From the NCBI GenBank assembly GCA_040754495.1, contig JBFMCO010000022.1, positions 24,908 to 88,907 of the forward strand: 64,000 nt of DNA, read 5' to 3'. Under the pieces are notes generated by a model. It saw only the letters and a program-made list of their open reading frames with translations, was not told the origin of the DNA and made no database searches. A program made the position numbers and the translations under genes. Every line of letters begins with the position of its first letter. Position 1 is the first letter of the stretch. Positions 54,184 through 62,680 of this stretch are shown here, piece after piece. This DNA comes from Candidatus Micrarchaeota archaeon (GTDB lineage: Archaea > Micrarchaeota > Micrarchaeia > Anstonellales > Bilamarchaeaceae).

Positions 54184-55019
54184 CAGCGGCCACCCCTCTG
54201 CCTCCCATACTCGTGCATCATCGTGAGGGCATCGATGTCCAGCTTCGGCGTCTCGCATATCACCGTGCCGGAGTAGCCGTTCTCGGCAAGGACCTTCATG
54301 AAGGGACGGAACGGCGGCGTGTTGTTCGAGCCCAGGGGCAGGTGGTTGCGCTCGCCCTTCTCGTTGTAGTTTATCTCCGAGAAATGGCAGTGGAAGCGCT
54401 TCACGTAGTCCCCGAGCTCGCGCTCGAGCTTCCTGAATATGGCCCGGTACTCTTCCTCGCCTTTTATGGGGAAGTCGCCGCGGGCGTGCAGGTGCGCGAA
54501 ATCGAGCGCAGGCTCTACCATGTCAATCTCCTGGGAGAGCCGGATGTTCTCGTCCAGGCCGCCGAATGCGCTTTTTTTGCCGACGGTCTCTGCCCCGAGG
54601 CGGATTCTGATGTTGTGGGTTTTGAGTTCCGAGACGATTTCGAGGAGGGCGGATTTTGCCGCGCCGAAGGCCTCGGCAGGCGTGAGCTTCTGGTAGAAGC
54701 CTGGATGGAAGACCGTGATGCCGCCCCCTGCGAGCGCTGTGATGCGGGCGGACGCGATTATGTGGCGGCGGGTGTTCGCCATCTTCACCTTGTCGTCCGT
54801 GCACAGATTCACGTAATAGGGCGCATGCGAAGAGAGGGAGATGTCAAGCTCGCCTGCGGCCTTGCGGACCTCGCCGGCGGAGGCCTCGCCCATGCGGACG
54901 CCCTGGACGAACTCCATCTCCATCGCGGTGAGGCCGAGCTCCCGGCAGCATCTCACGCCCTCCAGGGTGCTTTTTGCCTCGCACTGGATGGGGATGCCCG
55001 CGGGGCCGAATCTTATCAT
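54183..55019 (-). CDS. nfo: Endonuclease IV family (TIM-barrel AP endonuclease)
   Basis: FGPAG, MEMEFV, SSHAPYYVNL, VFHPGFY, AETVGK, DFAHLHAR, HCHFS, GERNH and ICETP motifs. Confidence 0.9.
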   Translation of the reverse strand: MIRFGPAGIPIQCEAKSTLEGVRCCRELGLTAMEMEFVQGVRMGEASAGEVRKAAGELDISLSSHAPYYVNLCTDDKVKMANTRRHIIASARITALAGGGITVFHPGFYQKLTPAEAFGAAKSALLEIVSELKTHNIRIRLGAETVGKKSAFGGLDENIRLSQEIDMVEPALDFAHLHARGDFPIKGEEEYRAIFRKLERELGDYVKRFHCHFSEINYNEKGERNHLPLGSNNTPPFRPFMKVLAENGYSGTVICETPKLDIDALTMMHEYGRQRGGR

Positions 55020-55074
55020 GAAAATTAGTAAGGAGGTAAAAAAATAAAACTGCTCCTGCCCGGATGGGGCGGGA

Positions 55075-56568
55075 TTAGTGGCTGTAGTTCAGCCTGAGCA
55101 GGACGAGCGGCGCAGCCTCGAAGGGATTGAACTGCATGTCGGCAAGGCCCGCCGCCTGTATGGAGAGCCTGTCGAGCAGCTCGAGGTCTATCGCGCCGCC
55201 AAGGAGCGCGCTGCCTGCGTGCATCCCGGAGCCCGAGGCGTTCATCGCGCCGCCCGCAAGGACAGACGGTATGAACGGCCCGGCCCTGAAGAGCGGCACG
55301 CCTACGAGGCCCCTGAAGTGGAGCTCGTCGTCCGACAGCCTTACCGCGCCCACAGTCCCGGGCGTGTCTGCGCCGACCAGCGCATGCATCCAGAGCATGT
55401 TCACCTCTGCCCAGGGATTGTAGCCGTCCACCCAGCCCCACGGAATCTCGCCGCGGAGGCGGACGCCAAGGGGATTGAACGGGTTGTTGCTGCCGAAGAC
55501 GCCGAGGGAGAAGTACCTGCCGTAGCGGTAGCCGCCTTCCCCGCCAAGCTCGTAGCCGTGCGACAGCTCGTTTAGCGTCTGGCCGTCAAGGTGCGAAAGT
55601 ATCGACGTCGAAATGCCGCGGTAGCCGCCGAAGACGAGGGCGTAAACCGAATGCTCGCCGAAGCGCAGCTCGCCGCCGGCACCGATTGCGCCGGTATAGC
55701 TCCGCAGGCCGCTTGTGGCCTGGCTGGTCTGGAGCGTGAGCGCGTAAGACGAGAAGCGCCCGTTTACGAGGATGGAGAGATGGTCGCCTACCGGGACGTA
55801 CCCGGTCGCGCCGGCAAGGTACGCGTCGCCCGAATTGCCCATAGAGCCGAAGCGGGAGAGCTGGAGGCGCTCGCCGTTGAAATCGAACACTGGCCTCCTG
55901 ACGCGCACAGGCTGCACCGGCGGTTGCTCGGGCCGGACGACCGGGGCAACAGGCTGCACCGGCTGTACCGGCCGGACGGGCGCCGGAGGCGCTTCAACCC
56001 TCACGAGCTCCAAGAAACCGTTCGGAGCCGTGACCGAGAACGTGTGGCGGCCTGCAGGGACGCTGAGCGTAATCTCTATGGGCGTGCCTATCGCGAGCGT
56101 GGTCTGGTCTATCTCGCGGTGCGTGAATCCGGAGATGCGCGTGGTGCCTGGAGCCGTGGACGGCGTCTGCTCGCCACCGGCAGGGCCGAGCGAATATTCA
56201 ATCGGCCTGGACACCTCGGTGGTGCCCTCCGGGAAGCGGTCCCTGCGCACGGCTGGGTAGAACCGGACGGTGAATCTGGCGGGACCTTCGATCGTGAGCG
56301 TTGGGACATTGACGTCGCCTGCTTTGAGATAGACGTCGCGCGTCGCGCTCCCGTCGGTTATGCTCGTCCTCTCGCCGCTGACCGAATGCACCGGCTGCGC
56401 GGCCTGCGTCGTGGCATGCACCTCGGGCTCCTGTGCCCGGGCGACGTTGTCAAGAAGCGGCGCCCCCAAAAGAATGGCGCCTGCGAGGGCGTATTTGGAT
56501 GCCGCCCGTCCTATTGAGCCCCTCTGGCGGCTCAAAGACTCCGCACTTTCTCTGTTGGAAAATTTCAT
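55075..56568 (-). CDS. Secreted protein with C-terminal putative beta-barrel domain
   Basis: Signal peptide ending ARA-Q, an N-terminal beta domain, a PVQP linker, then ~270 aa of Gly/aromatic alternating strands ending LLRLNYSH. Confidence 0.75.
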   Translation of the reverse strand: MKFSNRESAESLSRQRGSIGRAASKYALAGAILLGAPLLDNVARAQEPEVHATTQAAQPVHSVSGERTSITDGSATRDVYLKAGDVNVPTLTIEGPARFTVRFYPAVRRDRFPEGTTEVSRPIEYSLGPAGGEQTPSTAPGTTRISGFTHREIDQTTLAIGTPIEITLSVPAGRHTFSVTAPNGFLELVRVEAPPAPVRPVQPVQPVAPVVRPEQPPVQPVRVRRPVFDFNGERLQLSRFGSMGNSGDAYLAGATGYVPVGDHLSILVNGRFSSYALTLQTSQATSGLRSYTGAIGAGGELRFGEHSVYALVFGGYRGISTSILSHLDGQTLNELSHGYELGGEGGYRYGRYFSLGVFGSNNPFNPLGVRLRGEIPWGWVDGYNPWAEVNMLWMHALVGADTPGTVGAVRLSDDELHFRGLVGVPLFRAGPFIPSVLAGGAMNASGSGMHAGSALLGGAIDLELLDRLSIQAAGLADMQFNPFEAAPLVLLRLNYSH

Positions 56569-56668
56569 GGACTTACATTAACTAAAACACTTTAAAAACG
56601 TGTCGCTTGATGAGGTTGTCTGTTGCTGGGTAGGCCCATTTAAAATACTTTCGAACATAAAGTATAAC

Positions 56669-58795
56669 ATGCAAAAATCCGAGGACGGCAGCGACGGCTC
56701 CGGACGTCGCAAGAAGGACGCCCTCAGCGGCAAGTCGAGGATGGCCATCCCGCTCCGCAGCATGATGGCGAGCGAGGAGCCGGCGGTCGAGGGACTCGCC
56801 GCACAGCCCGACGCGATGCTGCAGGGCGCGCGCATCGACAAGACGCCGCAGGACTTCTACCTCGTCGAGGGCATACTCGGCGAAGGCGGCATGGGCAGGG
56901 TATACCGGGGCAGGATGATAAAGACCACCAAGCCGAAGAAGGGGAAAGAGGGAGAGGAGAAAGGGGCCAAGACCGTGATCAACAGGGAAGTCGCCATCAA
57001 GGTCATAAACTTCGATTCCGCGTTCGCGAACGCGGACCCTGCAAACATCGAGCAGACAAAGAAGATGATGTACGACCGCTTCCTGAGCGAGGTCGAGCTG
57101 GTCGCAAAGCTCAAGCACCCGAACATCGTGGATATTCTTGATTTCGGGGAGCTGGACGACGGGAAGCCTTTCTGCGTGATGGAGCTCCTGAAGGGGCAGG
57201 ACCTCGACCAGGTGATTGAGGCCGCAGGCATGCTTCCCTGGGATTTCACGAAGACGGTGGCGGTGCAGGTCTGCAAGGCCCTCGAGGCGGCGCATGGCTA
57301 CGAGGAGGACGGCGAGAAGAAGCCCATCATCCACCGCGACATCAAGCCGCTGAACATATTCCTCCTCCAGGACAAGGAAGGGGAGTGGGTGGTGAAGGTG
57401 CTGGATTTCGGCCTGGCAAAGCTGCTTGCGCCGAGCTCCAGCGAGCTCACGCTAAAGGGGGAAGGCGGGTTCGGCACGCCCGGCTACATGTCCCCGGAGC
57501 AGGCATGGGGCCTGACGATGGACGAGAGGACGGACATATACGCCGTCGGAGCGGTCTTATACCACATGCTGACCGGGACCACGCCCTTCACCTTCTATCT
57601 GGACAAGGCACGCGCTGACTTCCCGACTACTGACGAGTTCAATGCTTACCAGCACAACAAGTGGAACGAGTTCAAGGAGAAGCTCTGGAAGACCAAGCCC
57701 AAGACGGTTCGCGAGGTCGTGCCCGGCGCCGACGTTTCTGAGCAGGTCGAGGCTATAGTGATGAAGTGCCTCGCCAGCGACCCGAAGAATCGGTTCCAGA
57801 GCATCAAGGAGCTGAAGGACGCCATTACAGCCCTCAACGGGGAAAAGAACGCGAACGGGGCGGAGGAGCAGAAGATGCCGTCCGTTCCGGAAACAGAGCT
57901 TCCTTCGGTGATTATCAGCCCCGGGGAGCCCTACGCGAGAGTGGAGCCAACGGCACCGGCCCAGGACGTGCAGGCTGCCGAGGAGGACATGAAGACCGTG
58001 CCGAGGCAGGCCAAGCCCGAGGCCGGCGCAGATGAGGCGGCAGTGCAGGAGGCTGCGCAGTCTGCGGCCCAGCCCGAACCCGCCATGAGCGCGGAAGACG
58101 CAGCCAGGGTTCTGGAGCAGGCGGACCTTCCCGAGGCATCATCGCGGTACGAGAAGACAGAGATAGTCAGGATACGGGACCTCAAGCCAAAGGGCGCACG
58201 TACGGACGAAACGGCGGTGGATGTTGCAGCGCCCAAACGAAGGAGGCTTGCCAAGTTCATTGCCGCGGGCGCTGCTTTGGCCGTGCTCGGCGCAAGCGGG
58301 GCGTATATCGTGACAAGGGCTGGGAGCCATGAGAGCGAGCCGATTGCGCAACAGAGCGCGAAGCCCCCGGCCGCGAATCCGGGGCCGCCAAGGGCCAGGG
58401 ACCCCATTCCCGAGCCAGCGCGTACGGACATCGCTACACCGGCGCCGCCCGCGGCGGATGCCGCACCGGAGGCAGCAGTAGTGCAGGAGCATACGATTAC
58501 AATCAGGACAGGGGTTTCGGGAGTCCGCGTCATCAGGGATGGCGAAACGGCGTGCACTACAGCCAGGGACGGCAGCTGCGCGCTCACGATAGGGCATGGC
58601 AGCGAGCCGGTCGAGCTGAGGCTCGCCAGGCGCGGATACCAGGACGCCACCGCGAGCGTAGTCCCGGACCAGGACCGCACGGTTGATGCGTCGATGGAGC
58701 GCGCGCCGACAAAGGTGCAGGGCAGCACGCCGCAGCCCCACACGCCAAGGATAACGGACGAGGGCGACAGGCCGAGGATAAGGACAGAGGAATGA
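56669..58795 (+). CDS. Membrane Hanks-type Ser/Thr kinase with extracellular PEGA-like domain
   Basis: LGEGGMGRVY, VAIK, HRDIKPLN, DFGLAK, GTPGYMSPEQ, DIYAVG; TM helix; LARRGYQD segment. Confidence 0.93.
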   Translation: MQKSEDGSDGSGRRKKDALSGKSRMAIPLRSMMASEEPAVEGLAAQPDAMLQGARIDKTPQDFYLVEGILGEGGMGRVYRGRMIKTTKPKKGKEGEEKGAKTVINREVAIKVINFDSAFANADPANIEQTKKMMYDRFLSEVELVAKLKHPNIVDILDFGELDDGKPFCVMELLKGQDLDQVIEAAGMLPWDFTKTVAVQVCKALEAAHGYEEDGEKKPIIHRDIKPLNIFLLQDKEGEWVVKVLDFGLAKLLAPSSSELTLKGEGGFGTPGYMSPEQAWGLTMDERTDIYAVGAVLYHMLTGTTPFTFYLDKARADFPTTDEFNAYQHNKWNEFKEKLWKTKPKTVREVVPGADVSEQVEAIVMKCLASDPKNRFQSIKELKDAITALNGEKNANGAEEQKMPSVPETELPSVIISPGEPYARVEPTAPAQDVQAAEEDMKTVPRQAKPEAGADEAAVQEAAQSAAQPEPAMSAEDAARVLEQADLPEASSRYEKTEIVRIRDLKPKGARTDETAVDVAAPKRRRLAKFIAAGAALAVLGASGAYIVTRAGSHESEPIAQQSAKPPAANPGPPRARDPIPEPARTDIATPAPPAADAAPEAAVVQEHTITIRTGVSGVRVIRDGETACTTARDGSCALTIGHGSEPVELRLARRGYQDATASVVPDQDRTVDASMERAPTKVQGSTPQPHTPRITDEGDRPRIRTEE

Positions 58796-58796
58796 C

Positions 58797-60608
58797 ATGA
58801 GCGTCAAGAACAGCGGCGCGAAGCCTCCGGAAACAAGGGAAGCCCCGGTTTCAGGCACTTCTGTGAAGAAACAACAGCCGCTGCAGGAGGGGCCGGCAGG
58901 GAAAGCGCCCCTCGCCCCGCCGGTGCCGGAAAGCGATTTCAGCTCAGGAGAAGGCCAGACAGCGCAGAGAAAGGACACCCTCATCGGCACCAAGGTGGAC
59001 GGAAGGTACAAAATAGAGGAGCTGCTGGGGAGCGGCGGCTACGGAAAGGTGTATCTGGCCAAAGACGAGAAGCTGTTCGGAAACAAGGTGGCGCTCAAGA
59101 TGCTCTACCCGCCCGGAAAGGACGAGAACCCGATGGAGGTCCTTGAGAGGCTCAACCGCTTCGAGAGGGAGGCCCAGGTGGCGTCCAGCCTGAACCACCC
59201 CAACATAGTGAGGGTGACCGACTTCGGCAGGACCGAGGACAAGGCGCCGTACTGCGTGATGGAATTCGTGGAGGGCGGCTCGCTCCAGGATGAGATTTCC
59301 AGCGACCGGATGATGCCGCTCAGCAGGTTCTTCTCGATAGCTGTGCCGGTCTGCGATGCCCTGAACCTTGCGCACGAGAAAGGGATTATACACCGCGACC
59401 TGAAGCCGGCGAACATCCTCCTGACCGAGCCTAACGGCAGCGTCGTGCCGAAGATAAGCGATTTCGGGCTTGTGAAAGTCGTTGCGCCGCAAAAAAACGA
59501 AGGGGAGGCGACCCAGCTCACGCAGGTGGGCAGCATACTTGGGACTCCCGAGTACATGCCGCCAGAGCAGATAACTGGGAGGGTGATGGACGAGCCGGGC
59601 ATCGACATATACGCCATGGGCGTCACCATGTACCAGACGCTCTGCAAAAAAATCCCGTTCGAGGAGGCTTTCGACCGGGAGCGCAGGGGCGAGCTGCAGT
59701 TCATGGTCGTGCAGAAGATGGTCCAGAAAGAGAGGCCGAAATCCCCTTCCGAAATCCGCGGCGATATCCCGAAAGAGCTGAGCGACCTTATTATGGAGTG
59801 CCTCGAGAAAGACCCGCAGAAGCGCCCGCCTTCCATGAAAGCGATAAAGAGCTCGCTCGAGCGGTGCGCCCGCAAGCTCCAGGCAGCGCACACGCAGAAA
59901 AGGATGCAGGAGCCGGCCAGGGCCCAGGCACCAAAACCTGCCGCCCGCCCCGATGGGGATGCCGGGATGACGATGGTCATACCCCAGAATCCCGCGCCAA
60001 AGAGGCCCGGAAAGATGGTGGTGGCCGGCGCGATAGCCGGCGTGCTCGCGGCGGCAGGATTCGGCACAGTCATGCTTTCGGACTTGAGACAGAGCAGGGG
60101 GGACCGCATCAACGAATCGGCGCAGGCGCCGGATGCCTGGGTGGAGAGGGCGCCGGAGCCGCACAAAGCCCCGGAGCCGGCGCGCCCGGCCAGGAAAACG
60201 TTCCAGATTACGTTCGTGACAGAACCGGGAGGCGTCGAAGTGTCGGCAGGCGGGGAAACGTTCTGCACGACTTCCGGTGAGGGCGTATGCCAGAAAAGGG
60301 TCGAGGAGGGGGCGGAGCTGGAATTCGAGTTCAGGAAAGACGGCCACGTTGCAAAGCGTAAGGGGATTGTCCCTGACGCGGACATGGTCGTGAAGGTAGA
60401 GCTTGAACCTATAAGGAAGAAAAGCGAGCGCCAGCCGGCGAAGCTCGTGCCTCTGCCGCCCCGCGAGGGCCCTCCTGCGGCCAAGGCTGTACCCAAGGAA
60501 GAGCCGCGCGTGAAGCCCGCGGAAACCAAGCCCGAAAAGCACAGCCCGAGGATTACTGATGAGGGCGATGCGCCGAAGAAGCCAAGGATAACCGATGAGG
60601 GGGGCTAG
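58797..60608 (+). CDS. Membrane Hanks-type Ser/Thr kinase with extracellular PEGA-like domain
   Basis: LGSGGYGKVY, VALK, HRDLKPAN, DFGLVK, GTPEYMPPEQ, DIYAMG; TM helix; VTEPGGVEV...FRKDGH segment. Confidence 0.93.
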   Translation: MSVKNSGAKPPETREAPVSGTSVKKQQPLQEGPAGKAPLAPPVPESDFSSGEGQTAQRKDTLIGTKVDGRYKIEELLGSGGYGKVYLAKDEKLFGNKVALKMLYPPGKDENPMEVLERLNRFEREAQVASSLNHPNIVRVTDFGRTEDKAPYCVMEFVEGGSLQDEISSDRMMPLSRFFSIAVPVCDALNLAHEKGIIHRDLKPANILLTEPNGSVVPKISDFGLVKVVAPQKNEGEATQLTQVGSILGTPEYMPPEQITGRVMDEPGIDIYAMGVTMYQTLCKKIPFEEAFDRERRGELQFMVVQKMVQKERPKSPSEIRGDIPKELSDLIMECLEKDPQKRPPSMKAIKSSLERCARKLQAAHTQKRMQEPARAQAPKPAARPDGDAGMTMVIPQNPAPKRPGKMVVAGAIAGVLAAAGFGTVMLSDLRQSRGDRINESAQAPDAWVERAPEPHKAPEPARPARKTFQITFVTEPGGVEVSAGGETFCTTSGEGVCQKRVEEGAELEFEFRKDGHVAKRKGIVPDADMVVKVELEPIRKKSERQPAKLVPLPPREGPPAAKAVPKEEPRVKPAETKPEKHSPRITDEGDAPKKPRITDEGG

Positions 60609-60616
60609 GGGCCTCC

Positions 60617-60665
60617 GGTTTCCTGTTTCCGGTCTCCCGTTTGGGTTTTGCGATTTCTGGTTTGG
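60617..60665. repeat. 7-nt periodic repeat array (NGTTTCC orientation)
   Basis: GGTTTCC TGTTTCC GGTCTCC CGTTTGG GTTTTGC GATTTCT GGTTTGG directly after the kinase stop codon. Confidence 0.7.
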
Positions 60666-60801
60666 ATAAGGGAGGGGGAAAAAGGAAAATCAGGACCTCA
60701 GGGGGAGTCGACCTTGTCGCCTGGCGACAAGGTGCGCCTTGAAAGTGCCCTTTCAAGTGCGCTGAAAGAACCACCTGGGAATACATCAGAGGTTCTTTCT
60801 T

Positions 60802-61653
60802 TCACTGGCAGACGTGAGTCAGCTGGTTGCAGACCTCGCCCTGCACGCAGTCCGCGTTGTCGTCGCAGAAGCCGGTCTTGGCGCTGCAGAAGTGCTCGCT
60901 GTCGCACACCTGCCACGTGCCGCAGTCCGCGTTCGAGCCGCAGCGGTCCTTGGACGGGGTGCACCTGTGCGTCTTGTCGCTGCAGAACTCCCACGTGTTG
61001 CATTCGTTGTCGCCGAGGCAGTAGCCCTGGCGCGCGATGCACTTCTTGGACGCGAGGTCGCACTTGGACCAGGCCTGGCAGTCCTCGTCGTTTATGCAGA
61101 AGCCGACCTTCGGGTTGCACAGGTGCGTCTTCACGTCGCAAGCCTGCCACGTCTCGCAGTCGCCGTCAAGCTCGCAGCGGCCTTCCAGTATGTAGCAGCG
61201 CTTGCTCACGATGTCGCATTTCTCCCATGAATCGCAGTCCGTGTCCTTGAGGCAGTATCCCGGAGCCGGCCCGCACTGGTGCGTGGCCGGATTGCAGAAC
61301 TCGAAGACAGGGTCGCACTGGGAATCGGAATCGCAGAAGCCTGGCGAGGGCCTGCAGTGCTGGGTGGAGTCGCACACCTGCCAGCTCTCGCAGTTCGCAT
61401 TCGTGCGGCAGAAGCCCTCCTGATATACGCAAAGGTGCGTCTTGGCGATGTCGCACACTGTCATGTTGTCCTTCGCCTTGCACGTGTCGTCGGTCTCGCA
61501 GTAGCCAGGGAGGGTGGCGCATGTGCCGCCCGTGGTGTTGCAGAACTGCCACGACTTGCACTGCGTGTTGTCCTTGCACGACGAGGCGCCCCTCCCGCCG
61601 CATCCGGCGATGAGGAGGGCCACAACGATAAGTCCGAATAAGAGAAGCTTCAT
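60802..61653 (-). CDS. Cys-rich repeat lipoprotein
   Basis: MKLLLFGLIVVALLIAG-C, then about twelve ~20-aa units of C..D.DC..W..C....H.C...G. Confidence 0.88.
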   Translation of the reverse strand: MKLLLFGLIVVALLIAGCGGRGASSCKDNTQCKSWQFCNTTGGTCATLPGYCETDDTCKAKDNMTVCDIAKTHLCVYQEGFCRTNANCESWQVCDSTQHCRPSPGFCDSDSQCDPVFEFCNPATHQCGPAPGYCLKDTDCDSWEKCDIVSKRCYILEGRCELDGDCETWQACDVKTHLCNPKVGFCINDEDCQAWSKCDLASKKCIARQGYCLGDNECNTWEFCSDKTHRCTPSKDRCGSNADCGTWQVCDSEHFCSAKTGFCDDNADCVQGEVCNQLTHVCQ

Positions 61654-61676
61654 GGGGGAGTATTGGATTGAATGAT

Positions 61677-62342
61677 TTATAAGGTTTGCAGGAGGGCCGG
61701 GAGCTCCCCTACATCCCGTATGGAGAACTCCGCCGATGTAGGGATATTGGCGTGTTTCCCGGAAATGAGCCTCACGGTCCTGATGCCGACCGCGCGGGCC
61801 GGGGCGATGTCCGTATCCTCGCGGTCGCCGACCATGAGGCAGGTTTCGGGTTTCGCGTTCAGGGTTTTGAGTATCTTCTGGTAGAAGCCTTCGCCCTTGT
61901 CCTCCCCGAGTTCCTCGGACACGAACACTTCGTCGAAATACAGGGCAAGCCGCAGGCGGATGAGCTTGTCCCACTGCTTTATCGAGTTGCCCTGCGTCGC
62001 GACGAAGAGCCGGTAGCCGCGCTCGCGCAGGGTCATGAGGGCGAGGGGTACCCTCGGGAAAGGCGCAATCGAGGTTTTCGTGTCATGGTAGGCGGCTACG
62101 GCCGCGGCCACGTACCGGGCCGGGCTCGTCTGGCCGAGCTCCAGGCAAAGCTCGTCGAAATGATGCGGGTAGTTGGAGCCCTTGCGCTCTATTATGGTTT
62201 TGAGTTTTGAGTTAAGGGTTTCGTGATCGGCCGGAAGGCCCATGCTTATCATGGCGTTCAGCGCGTTCTTCCTGGCAAGCGCCGAGAACTCCGTGGATGG
62301 GAAGAGGGTATCGTCTATGTCGAAAAGGAGGTGGCTCACCAT
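61677..62342 (-). CDS. HAD-superfamily hydrolase
   Basis: LLFDIDDTL, K at GEDK, and MVGDREDTDI motifs. Confidence 0.92.
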   Translation of the reverse strand: MVSHLLFDIDDTLFPSTEFSALARKNALNAMISMGLPADHETLNSKLKTIIERKGSNYPHHFDELCLELGQTSPARYVAAAVAAYHDTKTSIAPFPRVPLALMTLRERGYRLFVATQGNSIKQWDKLIRLRLALYFDEVFVSEELGEDKGEGFYQKILKTLNAKPETCLMVGDREDTDIAPARAVGIRTVRLISGKHANIPTSAEFSIRDVGELPALLQTL

Positions 62343-62369
62343 GGCTAATAGATTGGGGAAGAGGGAATA

Positions 62370-62680
62370 AAATGCTACGGGACAGGCGGTTCAGGAAAGC
62401 TCCGGGGATAACACCTGTGCTCGGTGGTTTTCGGTCTTCAGTTTCCAGTTTCGTTTTCATCGAAACCGGAAACAGGCAACCGGAAACCCCGAATGATGGC
62501 AGTTTATGTCTGGGAAAGTCCGGATGTACTGGTTCAGGAAAGCTCCGGGGATAACACCTGTGCTCGGTGGTTTTCGGTCTTCAGTTTCCAGTCTCGTTTT
62601 CATCGAAACCGGAAACAGGCAACCGGAAACCCCTTATGATGGCAGTTTATGTCTGGGAAAGTCCGGAAATGCTACGGGAC
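62370..62680. repeat. Two 137-bp near-identical units (62388-62524, 62531-62667) flanked by a 14-bp direct repeat
   Basis: The units differ at about 3 nt and each holds an inverted heptamer hairpin; AAATGCTACGGGAC occurs at 62370-62383 and 62667-62680. Confidence 0.9.

Noticed and set aside
62392-62524. GGAAAGCTCC/GGAAAGTCC resembling the RNase P P4 motif
   Set aside because: No matching 3' P4 strand was found, and the motif is part of a tandem duplicated unit.
62388-62667. Possible CRISPR array
   Set aside because: Only two 137-bp units with no unique spacers, and no cas genes in the window.
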